Origin: Acidobacteriota bacterium
Lineage (GTDB): Bacteria; Acidobacteriota; UBA890; WLXD01
Direction of reading: 5' to 3'
Length of the DNA stretch: 64,000 nt
Assembly (NCBI GenBank): GCA_965205505.1
Contig: CBDBHB010000009.1
Coordinates: forward strand, 3,040,001 to 3,104,000
Under the pieces are notes generated by a model. That model made no database searches, was not told where the DNA came from, and saw only the letters and a program-made list of their open reading frames with translations. Of this stretch, positions 1 to 8,824 are shown one piece after another (positions within the stretch are counted from its first letter, which is position 1; every line of letters begins with the position of its first letter). The position numbers and the translations under genes are program-made.

Positions 1-1132
1 GCAGATCACTTACTTGCTCTTCTTTGATGGCGCCTGGATAGCGAACAATGAACGGTACGTTCATCGGCGTATCGTAGAGGCTCGCTGGAAATGTGCTATC
101 GGGATGGCCCCAAAGGCCATGTTGTCCGAAGAAGGTTCCCTGATCACTCGTGTAGATGACTAACGTGTCTTCTTCGAGTCCGGCTTCCTTCAGTGCTGTC
201 AATAGACGGCCGACACCATCGTCCACCATCGTATTCTCTGACGCTATATTAGCCATCGATGCTTGGTCGTTGTGCATGCGAGCCAAGCTGGCGTACCACC
301 CGGTGTAGGGCGGCCTTAACTGCTCGAGTATCCTGTCGCTGATCCTGGTTCTGGGAAACGAAGGAAACTCTTGGTCCTTATAGTATTCATAATGCGGGTT
401 CTTGGCGGGACCGAGGTTCGGTGGAGGTTGCATATAAGGACCGTTGAAGGTAACTAGCAGGAAGAAGGGCCGTTGATGATCATAGTCCTCCAAGTATGCG
501 ACTGCTTTGTCGGTAAAGAACTCGACACTGTGCTTATCCTCTACTTTGTACGTTCTGCTGTTGTCATTGATATCAGTGGACCAGAAATCGGGGGTGAGGC
601 CACCATCGAACGTCACCCAATAATCGAACCAGCCGTCCGGCGGGCGTGTGTGACCTAGGTGCCACTTGCCGATTAATGATGTCTGATATCCTCGAGTCCT
701 TAGTGTGTACGGTAACGTTCTATACTCTCTGATCGCATTCCAATCTTCGGGCCAATTCTCTATCTTTCTGTTATCTAGCCAGGAATGAACGCCATGTTGA
801 GAAGGCATGAGTCCGGTCAGCATTGTTGCACGTGTTGCAGAACACATACCGTGGACGGCGAAAACACGCGTAAGACGTATTCCTTCGTTGGCTAGTCGAT
901 CGATATTGGGCGTCCTGACATCCGGGTTTCCATAAGCCCCCACGATCGAGGCGGGTTGGTTGTCGACCACTATGTAGAGAATATTTGGCCTAACTTGCGC
1001 TCCTGCGGGCAGTGCAGAAGAAACTTGTGGTCGTGCGGGTATTACAGAAAAGAGGAGGAGTAAGGAGATAAACAAATATGGCTTCCGATGAGTGCTGATA
1101 CCACGAATCGTTGCCAACACGTGATCCTGCAT
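1..1132 (-). CDS. Formylglycine-dependent sulfatase, partial (3' end runs off the window)
   Basis: Manual translation, absent from the ORF track: ATG at 1132 with GGAGG RBS at 1141-1145. Signal-like N-terminus, then RPNILYIVVD, TPNIDRLANEG, CSATRATMLTG (C-x-A-x-R at 830-844), GYQTSLIGKWHLG and LVIYTSDQG. Confidence 0.9.
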   Translation of the reverse strand, partial: MQDHVLATIRGISTHRKPYLFISLLLLFSVIPARPQVSSALPAGAQVRPNILYIVVDNQPASIVGAYGNPDVRTPNIDRLANEGIRLTRVFAVHGMCSATRATMLTGLMPSQHGVHSWLDNRKIENWPEDWNAIREYRTLPYTLRTRGYQTSLIGKWHLGHTRPPDGWFDYWVTFDGGLTPDFWSTDINDNSRTYKVEDKHSVEFFTDKAVAYLEDYDHQRPFFLLVTFNGPYMQPPPNLGPAKNPHYEYYKDQEFPSFPRTRISDRILEQLRPPYTGWYASLARMHNDQASMANIASENTMVDDGVGRLLTALKEAGLEEDTLVIYTSDQGTFFGQHGLWGHPDSTFPASLYDTPMNVPFIVRYPGAIKEEQVSDL

Positions 1133-1176
1133 AATCAGTTCCTCCGCAATGTGTATTCCGGCGCGGTGACCTTTAG

Positions 1177-1342
1177 CAGGCCGTGGTGGAAGTGTGGTGG
1201 CCCGTAGAGGTTGTGCCGCGAAGGGGACATAGGCGGCGTTGCCGCTCCTGAACGATGCGCCAAGGCATCGCCGGCGGCGCGGCACCTTGCATCTGCGCCC
1301 TTGGCGTCGCAACCAGACCCATCACACTTTCAACACGGCCTG
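1177..1342. mobile_element. MITE copy 1 (degenerate, non-autonomous)
   Basis: Left end CAGGCCGTGGTGGAAGTGTGG. Right end 1313-1342 is 26/30 identical to the right TIR of copy 2. Flanks are TTAG and TTGG. Shares an internal GCGGCGTT..CGATG..GCATCGCC..CCTTGCAT core with copy 2. Confidence 0.75.
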
Positions 1343-1599
1343 TTGGTCCCAATCAACGATACTCGATCAGTAGCGTATGAGCGGCCGTTCCGCCTGGCTT
1401 GCCCGAGGACTTGTACTTGTACCACTTCCTATCTCATATGCGCTACTGATGAGGTGTACCCCAACTTTGGTCCGTCGAAAACGAGAAAGACTCGGGTTTG
1501 GGAACATCAGGTAACTGCACCCTCCTGCAGCAGTTGGACTTAGACGGTAGGTTGCAGGCCTCGGGAGTCCGCTCTTCACGTTGTCCTAGCTGGATCTAG

Positions 1600-1870
1600 C
1601 AGGCCGTGGTGAAAGTGTGGCGGGCCTGGCGACAGGGTCTTGCGAGGCGGAGGCAAGGAGAAAGGAGGAGGCGATGGTTACCCCATCGTTGACGACGAAC
1701 GACGCGGGATACGCGCACAACCCCCTGTCGCCCGAAGGGTTGCGGCGATTTGGGGCCATCTGCGGCGTTCGCCTTCCTCGACGATGGCTCGGGCATCGCC
1801 AGTGTCAGGCCGCCTTGCATGTGGCCCCAACTCGCCGTAACCAGGCCCGCCACACTTTCACCACGGCCTG
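1600..1870. mobile_element. MITE copy 2 (271 bp, perfect 30-bp terminal inverted repeats)
   Basis: 1600-1629 CAGGCCGTGGTGAAAGTGTGGCGGGCCTGG is the exact reverse complement of 1841-1870. Flanks are CTAG and CTCG. Internal hairpins present; no transposase. Confidence 0.85.
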
Positions 1871-1962
1871 CTCGGGGGTAGGGTTCACCCTCCTCTGTTG
1901 TTCACGGAGCGCGCTGAACAGGAGAACGTCGGCGCCGGGTACGAGGTGAGCTGGAGCAGACA

Positions 1963-4017
1963 ATGCGCCGAACAAGGCTCGCTAGCTCCTTTGCCGCCAT
2001 CATGCTGTTGGCGGGGCTTTCGCACGCCGGCGGGCAGCTCTCCCCGACCGAAAGCCAGATCCTGAGCGCTCTGGATACCGACAGGACAATCGCCCTCACC
2101 CGCCGTCTCTCGGAGGAACTCGTCAAGAACGACTCGGGTGCGGGTGCCGGCTCGGCCATCGCCGGCAGCGCCGATGAGCGCCTCTTGGCCGGCTTCATCG
2201 AGGCGGAGATGAAGCGGCTAGGTTTGGAGGTGCGGCGGGAGAGCTTCCCCGTGCACGCTTACGACTACGGGGAAGTATTGCTGCGGGCATCGGGCAGACA
2301 GCTGCCGGCGATCACCCAGCACTCCGGCGCAGGGACCTGGGGTACGGCCGAGCGAGTGCCGTACACCAAGGGCAACACGTCTGGTGGACAGCGCCTGCGG
2401 ACGGCGTTACTCGATGCAGGAGAGGGCTGGGTCCATGACTACGCGAACCTGAGCGAGGTGCGCGGTAAAGCCGTGCTGGTGCGCCGCGGAGCGGGTTGGC
2501 TCAACAGCCAGGTCGTGATGGAGGCGGCAGAACAGGGAGCGTCCGCGATCTTGCTCTACGACTACAACGGCGGTGGTGGCGAGGCCCCCCAGGACTCGAT
2601 CCAGCAGATGAGCATCGTTTACCGCGATCCGATCCCGACCGTGACGATCAGCAACCGTGATGCCGCATGGCTCAAGGAACGGCTTGCCGAGGGCCAGGTG
2701 ATGATCGAGCTCGAAAACCGGGTCGATGTCGACTACGGCGTTTCCGAGAACGTCATCGGCATGATCCGGGGCCGGGAGTATCCGGACGAATGGATCATCG
2801 TCTCGGCGCACCACGACCGCTGGTGGCAGGGAGCCCAAGACAACAGCGTCGGTGTGGCCGTCATGCTGGAGCTGGCCCGCGTGATCTCGGAGGGTTACCG
2901 GCCGCGGCGCAGCTTCCTGTTCATCGCCTTTGGAAGCGAAGAAGTCGGAGGACTGTGGACCCAGTACGACTGGCTGGCGGGTTCCCATGCGTTCATCCGG
3001 GCGCACCCCGAGGTCACCTCGCGTCTGGCCTATGCCTTCAACATGGAAGGCGCTGGATGGAAGGGGCGTGAGGGCCGCTTGTATGCCACCCTCGACCAGG
3101 TTGCCTTCCAACGCGGTTTGCTGGCAGAGCTCGGCCTCGACGAGCGGGTGACCGTACGTGAGCGTATCAGGGGCGATGGCTGGTCGTTGGGAGGGGTTCG
3201 GGGCGGAGCGGTGGCATACATGAGTTGGACCGGTGACGTCCCCTACAGCCGCTACTACCACACGCAGCACGATGTCTATCGCGCCGAGGATTACACTAAC
3301 CTGCAGGACCACCTGCGAGTCGGAGCACTCGGCGTGCTTCGGATGGATCAAGCTGTTGTCCTGCCCGTCGGTTTCTCAGAGATCGCTGACTGGGTCGCCC
3401 AACAGCTCGAGAGGATCGAGCAGACACTCTCCGCTCTCTCGGCACCGACGGAGCTGCTTCGCGACGCTAGAGAGGCGGCAGAGCGCCTTCGCACGCAGGC
3501 CGAAAGGCTGGCAGCGGCTCATGCGTCAGTCGTGGACGTCGATCACGCAGCGGTCGTCAATGCCCTCTTGATGGGGACCCGACACGATCTCGTTCCCTGG
3601 CTTCTCAACACAGAACAACGCCTGAGAGGAAGCCGTTACGCGGAAGATTTCGCTGCACTCCAGAGAGCCCGTCTCGCTGCCACGGATGAAGATACGGAGG
3701 CTGCGGCGAGGGCGCTCGAAGAGGTCAACACGATGCAGTGGGGCAGGCAGGTTTCGCCCGGAACCTACCGCGCTGAGAGGCTGCTCTCCTACGAGCCGAT
3801 CGGTTGGATGTGGGAGTTCGACCAGCACCCGCGTCCGATCGGTCCGGAACTCCACACCATCTACTCGCAGCTCGGGGCGGGACGCGGCTCTGATTCGGTC
3901 ACCGGGATCGCCAGGCTCGAGGCGCAGGCGGAGGGTTCGCTGCGTGAGGCCTTGTTCATCGTGAGCGGCAAGCTTCGGGAAGCCGCGAGGGCGCTTGCCG
4001 ATGTTCCGCTACCGTAA
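1963..4017 (+). CDS. Secreted M28 family metallopeptidase with PA domain
   Basis: Signal peptide, PA-like insert, and IIVSAHHD, GAQDNSVG, FGSEEVG and YYHT metal/catalytic motifs. Confidence 0.85.
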   Translation: MRRTRLASSFAAIMLLAGLSHAGGQLSPTESQILSALDTDRTIALTRRLSEELVKNDSGAGAGSAIAGSADERLLAGFIEAEMKRLGLEVRRESFPVHAYDYGEVLLRASGRQLPAITQHSGAGTWGTAERVPYTKGNTSGGQRLRTALLDAGEGWVHDYANLSEVRGKAVLVRRGAGWLNSQVVMEAAEQGASAILLYDYNGGGGEAPQDSIQQMSIVYRDPIPTVTISNRDAAWLKERLAEGQVMIELENRVDVDYGVSENVIGMIRGREYPDEWIIVSAHHDRWWQGAQDNSVGVAVMLELARVISEGYRPRRSFLFIAFGSEEVGGLWTQYDWLAGSHAFIRAHPEVTSRLAYAFNMEGAGWKGREGRLYATLDQVAFQRGLLAELGLDERVTVRERIRGDGWSLGGVRGGAVAYMSWTGDVPYSRYYHTQHDVYRAEDYTNLQDHLRVGALGVLRMDQAVVLPVGFSEIADWVAQQLERIEQTLSALSAPTELLRDAREAAERLRTQAERLAAAHASVVDVDHAAVVNALLMGTRHDLVPWLLNTEQRLRGSRYAEDFAALQRARLAATDEDTEAAARALEEVNTMQWGRQVSPGTYRAERLLSYEPIGWMWEFDQHPRPIGPELHTIYSQLGAGRGSDSVTGIARLEAQAEGSLREALFIVSGKLREAARALADVPLP

Positions 4018-4068
4018 GTACGGATCCCTCTGATTGGAAGAGTCGGTTGGCTGCGGCCTTGAGCCGGC

Positions 4069-6069
4069 CTACCTCAGGGAGGCAAGCTCGATGCCTCGAT
4101 CGATCATGCGCTGGACGTCTTCTGGTAACAGCAGGCCCTGTTGTAACAGTCGGTGGGCGGCTTCTGCCAACCGACGGACATAGTCTTCGTGGCTCGCATA
4201 GCGCTCCGCGATCGACAGCCGTGGATCACCCGTTGCCAAGCGCTCCTCACGATCCTGAGGAAACGCGATGCTGGACCCGGTGACACCGCAGAGAGCGCCC
4301 TCCGCATAGCCCGCACGCCGCAGATTCCAACCAAGATAGGTGGCAACTGGAACCTCGACCGCCGGCAGCCGGATGCCGGCGATGTCGTTGCCGTCGTCAT
4401 CTACCTCGGGCACGAACAATGGGTAGGCTGCACCTTCTGGGGGAGGCTGGGCATCGTAATCGACGACGTGCAGGTGGTTGATCTGGCCCTGGTAGCGCAG
4501 ACCGGGGATCGCGGGCAAGCCGAAGGTTTTCCGATCGGCAGCAACCAGCGTCCCATCCGAGATCGTCGGGAAGCGGCTAACGGGCGGCTCGACGCCATCG
4601 GTAACCCAACGGTCGAGCGCTACCAGCAGGGCCCGCATCGGTCCGCCCTTGTGGAGCGGATTGCTCGGCTGCTGGCAGGTTCTCGTCGGCGCGGGCAGAG
4701 CGTCGATCCTAGCCGAATGCTGGGTGCTGGAGATCAAGTAAGCGCGCACGTTGCCGGGTAGCTCGATCGGCTTGCCGTCGGTGTCCGTCACCACCAACGA
4801 CGAACGCGCCTGAAAGAACTCTGTCGACGAGTCGACATGCATGATCTTCGGACAGTTTCCTGCCCGCTGGCAGCGGGCAAGTACTCCGTCACGCTTCCCG
4901 GTCAGGGAATCGGTCGTGATGCCGTAGGTGAAGGGGAACTGGTCTCCGGGTTGGAGATGTTCCTCGTGCTGTCGCGAGAACCGACCCGGTTGGGCGAAGC
5001 GGTGGTTGATGTACGTCTTGCGGCCACCGGCGACGTCGGGGATCAGGGCATCGAAGACGACCAACCCCTCTTCGTCTTCATTGAACCCCTGATAGAGGAG
5101 GTCACGCAGAAAGCGACCGCTCTGTGAGATACCAAGGGCGTAGGCACGCTCGATCAGGGGCGCACCGTTGGGAGCCAGCGGATTGGGGTTACCTACCGAG
5201 TCCTCCACCTGCCGCCGAAGAAACGCGACCACGTCGCGCACGGAGGCGAAGGCCAACCCCATGACGACCGGATCTCTGGCCGGGTAGACGATCTCGTAGA
5301 TTGCCCCGGCATCGAAACCGGCCGGTCTCTGGATCAGGATCTGACGCGGGTCCCGGTACGAGATTCCCGAGCGGCGAACCCTGAAGTATTCGAAAGACAG
5401 ATCGTCCGGCGACTGCCGGGGATGCGTTTGCTGCTGGCGGACCGTCAGGGACGCCAGCGTCGGATCCATGTCGGCGGCCGGATAGCTGAGCGTCGCCACA
5501 ACCGGATTGATGTCGTCGTTGAAGATGAACTCGTCCCGACTCGGACCAGTGATGCCTTTGGCGACCGGCACCGTGAGACTCATGAGCTTCTCTCCCGGAC
5601 CCAGGTCGCCTTGCCAGCCGGACCAGACGATGGTGTAGCCCTGTCGCATGAGAAAGCCGTTGCCCGCATCCTCGGCCGTCGTCGGATCATCCTCCCAGGG
5701 CCCATCGTTCATCAGATTAAGGCCGATCTTTTCCCCACGGTTGAGGACATCGTAGAAGATCCGACGGTTGCCGCGTTCCAGGTCGACCGGCTTCAGCAGC
5801 ACGACATCGGCGATGAACTCGACGTGCCCGGCAGCATTCCGAGGAACAGCGGCAAGATCCACGATCCCGGCATTGCATGGTGCCTCCGGATCGACCTCAA
5901 GAGTCGCTCTGATGATCAGCTTCTCGTAGACGCCGATGCTACCAAAACGCCGACCCTCGAAGGTTGGTGACTCGACCTCGACGATCTCGAATCGTACGAC
6001 TTCTGCAAGCCCGGTGGCCGCCATCAAGCCGAAACCGAGCTGGATAACCAGCATCGACTTCCATCGCAT
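4069..6069 (-). CDS. Secreted alpha/beta hydrolase domain protein (tannase-like superfamily)
   Basis: Start moved to ATG 6069 (GAGG upstream; signal peptide MRWKSMLVIQLGFGLMAATGLA). Motifs YDVLNRG, WSGWQGD, nucleophile elbow GISQSG and GNDIAGIRLP. Confidence 0.75.
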   Translation of the reverse strand: MRWKSMLVIQLGFGLMAATGLAEVVRFEIVEVESPTFEGRRFGSIGVYEKLIIRATLEVDPEAPCNAGIVDLAAVPRNAAGHVEFIADVVLLKPVDLERGNRRIFYDVLNRGEKIGLNLMNDGPWEDDPTTAEDAGNGFLMRQGYTIVWSGWQGDLGPGEKLMSLTVPVAKGITGPSRDEFIFNDDINPVVATLSYPAADMDPTLASLTVRQQQTHPRQSPDDLSFEYFRVRRSGISYRDPRQILIQRPAGFDAGAIYEIVYPARDPVVMGLAFASVRDVVAFLRRQVEDSVGNPNPLAPNGAPLIERAYALGISQSGRFLRDLLYQGFNEDEEGLVVFDALIPDVAGGRKTYINHRFAQPGRFSRQHEEHLQPGDQFPFTYGITTDSLTGKRDGVLARCQRAGNCPKIMHVDSSTEFFQARSSLVVTDTDGKPIELPGNVRAYLISSTQHSARIDALPAPTRTCQQPSNPLHKGGPMRALLVALDRWVTDGVEPPVSRFPTISDGTLVAADRKTFGLPAIPGLRYQGQINHLHVVDYDAQPPPEGAAYPLFVPEVDDDGNDIAGIRLPAVEVPVATYLGWNLRRAGYAEGALCGVTGSSIAFPQDREERLATGDPRLSIAERYASHEDYVRRLAEAAHRLLQQGLLLPEDVQRMIDRGIELASLR

Positions 6070-6320
6070 CGCACACCTCTGCATATGCCAGGCGCCGTCG
6101 GCTCCCGCTCTGATCATCGTGGGCGACAGTCGTGCAGGGCGCTCCCAGTGCCTGCTGTTTGAGGGTTCAGCAAATCTCGGTGGGCCGGTGTTCACAAGCT
6201 CTCACCTCAGCCCTCCTGGCGGGGTAAGCCAGACGAGCAGAAGATCGGTGCCGATCACGAACGGGCCCTCTTCGACATCTTAGAGGCTCAAGCCGAAGCG
6301 GGATATTGTCAAGTTCGGGA

Positions 6321-6611
6321 GTAGATATCTTCAGCCCGTGCGTGACCTTCAATCATGACAACGACTATCCGTTCTTCCGCGAACGTGTGCGCCGGCTGGA
6401 GGACGAGGACCACGACCCGAGCGATTGGAAGAGCGCGTGCGAGAAGGCAATGCTGTGGGGCGATACGATCTACACGGGGCATTTCTTCGAGAACGTGGCC
6501 CCGTCGCTCGACCAGCTGGAGCCGGTGCTCGATGAAGGCGGCCCCCTTGCGCTGCGCTCCCTCGGCCTCACGCGGGAGCAGAGCAGGCGCCTCGTCGATC
6601 GGATGATGTAG
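6321..6611 (+). pseudogene. Orphan C-terminal fragment of a 2-oxoacid:ferredoxin oxidoreductase beta subunit
   Basis: DIFSPCVTFNHDN..LEDEDHDPSD..AMLWGDTIYTG resembles the OFOR/KorB beta C-terminus. The TPP-binding N-terminal part and the alpha subunit gene are absent. Confidence 0.75.
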
Positions 6612-6825
6612 CCAGGCCTACGATCTCGTGCAGCGCACGCTGATGACGGATGCCCCCCAATACCCGAGCAACCAGAGTCAGGGCCACGGGCGTCCTCGGC
6701 TGGCCAACGAGATGTATCGACGCGGCTGAAAGCAAGCGTGGCCAAGCGTTTCCGGCTCTACCCTCGGTTGAGAACTCTCTCCTCGCGACCTTTCTGGCCT
6801 CGCGGCTGCCTATGAAGCTCGGCTG

Positions 6826-7146
6826 GTGCTTGCCACCCAGCCATCCGTATGGCGACCGGGCATGACGGCCGACGAGCAGGAACGGCTATGGCTCGGCGGT
6901 GTCGGCAACTACCAGGAGCAGCCCGGCCAGCCGTACTACTCGGTCGACACGTTGGCCGATGGCATGCAACGCTACAATGACGTTCTCGTTGACACATGTC
7001 GCCAACGCGGCGTCGAATGTCTCGATCTCGCCGCCGCGTTGGCGCGCAGCACGGATAACTTCTTCGACGACGTTCACTTTACCGAGGCTGGATCGGCAGA
7101 GGTTGGACGACTCGTCGTGGCACATCTGGGTCGGCGCGCCTTCTGA
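6826..7146 (+). pseudogene. Orphan C-terminal fragment of an SGNH/GDSL hydrolase
   Basis: Ends in block V FFDDVHFTEAGS (DxxH). No upstream in-frame GDS block or credible start. Confidence 0.6.
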
Positions 7147-7185
7147 GGCGGTGTTGTAGCGGACCGATCCCCAGCCGGAGTTGAA

Positions 7186-8577
7186 ATGTCCTTTCGGCAT
7201 CGTTCGCTCTGGCTCCAGGAAGTCGCGGGAGATGCGCCCGACGCACCTCCGCTGCGCGGGCGCGTGCGGGCCGACGTTGCGATCGTCGGTGGCGGCTACG
7301 TCGGCCTATGGACGGCGATTCGGATCAAGCAGGCAGAGCCACAATGTGGTGTGGCTATTCTCGAGCAGGACATCTGCGGTGGAGGCGCCTCTGGCCGCAA
7401 TGGGGGCTTCGTGCTGTCGTGGTGGCCGAAGCTTGCCTCGCTGAGCAAGATGGTCGGGACCGAAGAGGCGATTCGCGTTGCGCGGGGCTCTGAGCAAGCG
7501 ATCGCCGAGATCGGCGATTTCTGCGCCGCCCACGCGATCGACGCCGACTATCGGCAAGGAGGGTGGCTATGGGCCGCCACGAGTGAAGCGCAACGTGGAG
7601 CATGGGACGGACTGCTCGATCTCTGTGCTCGGCACGGGGTGGACGCCTTCCGGCGTCTGGACCCCACCGAAGTGGCGCGCCGCAGCGGCTCGACGGCCCA
7701 CCGGGAAGGTGTTTTCGAGAGCACGGCCGCAATCGTGCAGCCGGCGGCGCTGGCCCGCGGGCTGCGTCGCGTCGCGTTGAAGATGGGCGTTCGGATCTTC
7801 GAGCATACCCAGATGCGTACGTTCTCGCGCCGTCGACCGGTCACGGTCGAGTGCGATAACGGAACGCTGCTTGCCGATACGCTGGTGATCGCCACCAACG
7901 CCTGGGCGGCGCGCGTCCCCGAACTGGCGCGCGCCATCGTAGTGGTCTCCAGCGACATGGTCGCCACCGCGCCGATCCCGGAAGAGCTCGACCGGATCGG
8001 CTGGGAACGGGACCTCGCGATCACCGATTCGCAACTCATGGTCGACTACTATCGCACCACGCGAGATGGCCGCATTGCCTTCGGCAAGGGCGGCAGTACC
8101 CTCGCCTACGGCGGCAACGTCGGAGGCGCCTTCGATCGCAGCGCCCGCCGCGCTCGCGAGGTCGAGGCAGACTTCCGACGCTACTACCCGACACTCGACC
8201 ACGTGCCTATCACCCACGACTGGTCGGGGCCCATCGATCGAACGCCCAACAGCGTCCCCCTGATGGGCCACCTCGGAGGGCTCGAGCACATCGTCTACGG
8301 GGTCGGCTGGAGCGGTAACGGGGTTGGGCCCAGCGTTGTCGGGGGCAAGGTCCTCGCAAGCCTGGCGCTGCGAGCCCAGGACGAATGGTCAGACCATCCG
8401 CTGGTTGACCAGCCCACCGCCGGGTTTCCGCCTGAGCCCATTCGATTCGTCGGTGCGCACATCGTGCGGGCGGCGGTGGCTAGCAAGGAGCGCGCCGAGA
8501 TTCGCGACCGCAAGCCATCGTGGCTGTCGGTGAAACTGGCGGGCCTCGCGCCGTCGGGTCTCGAGGACAAGGAGTGA
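7186..8577 (+). CDS. FAD-dependent oxidoreductase, DAO/PuuB (gamma-glutamylputrescine oxidase)-like
   Basis: SLWL N-terminus, GGGYVG, GASGRNGG, VQPAALARGL, DYYRTT.DGRI and GWSGNGVG. Confidence 0.85.
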   Translation: MSFRHRSLWLQEVAGDAPDAPPLRGRVRADVAIVGGGYVGLWTAIRIKQAEPQCGVAILEQDICGGGASGRNGGFVLSWWPKLASLSKMVGTEEAIRVARGSEQAIAEIGDFCAAHAIDADYRQGGWLWAATSEAQRGAWDGLLDLCARHGVDAFRRLDPTEVARRSGSTAHREGVFESTAAIVQPAALARGLRRVALKMGVRIFEHTQMRTFSRRRPVTVECDNGTLLADTLVIATNAWAARVPELARAIVVVSSDMVATAPIPEELDRIGWERDLAITDSQLMVDYYRTTRDGRIAFGKGGSTLAYGGNVGGAFDRSARRAREVEADFRRYYPTLDHVPITHDWSGPIDRTPNSVPLMGHLGGLEHIVYGVGWSGNGVGPSVVGGKVLASLALRAQDEWSDHPLVDQPTAGFPPEPIRFVGAHIVRAAVASKERAEIRDRKPSWLSVKLAGLAPSGLEDKE

Positions 8578-8824
8578 GCCACGCGTGGGCTCCAGAGCGG
8601 CTGCTTATCGATCGTCAGGTCACCGCCCCGGTGGCGTCAAGGCGAGGTTTTCGACCGAGGCAGACAGATCCTACGACGCTTGAGAATCTGCCCCTCCCAT
8701 GGTCCAATGCGCGTAGGCGCGTATCATCCTTGAGGGCAACAACGGGCCACCATCGATCGGTGATCTCCGGCGCGGCGCGAGCGATGTTGAGCGTAGGCGC
8801 GGGCGCTGGTGGGAGACGTATGTC

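Noticed and set aside
1211-1949. ORFs 1211-1543, 1367-1579, 1596-1853, 1617-1949 and 1640-1840
   Set aside because: They run through MITE sequence; the repeated HTFTTAC peptide is just the TIR read on both strands.
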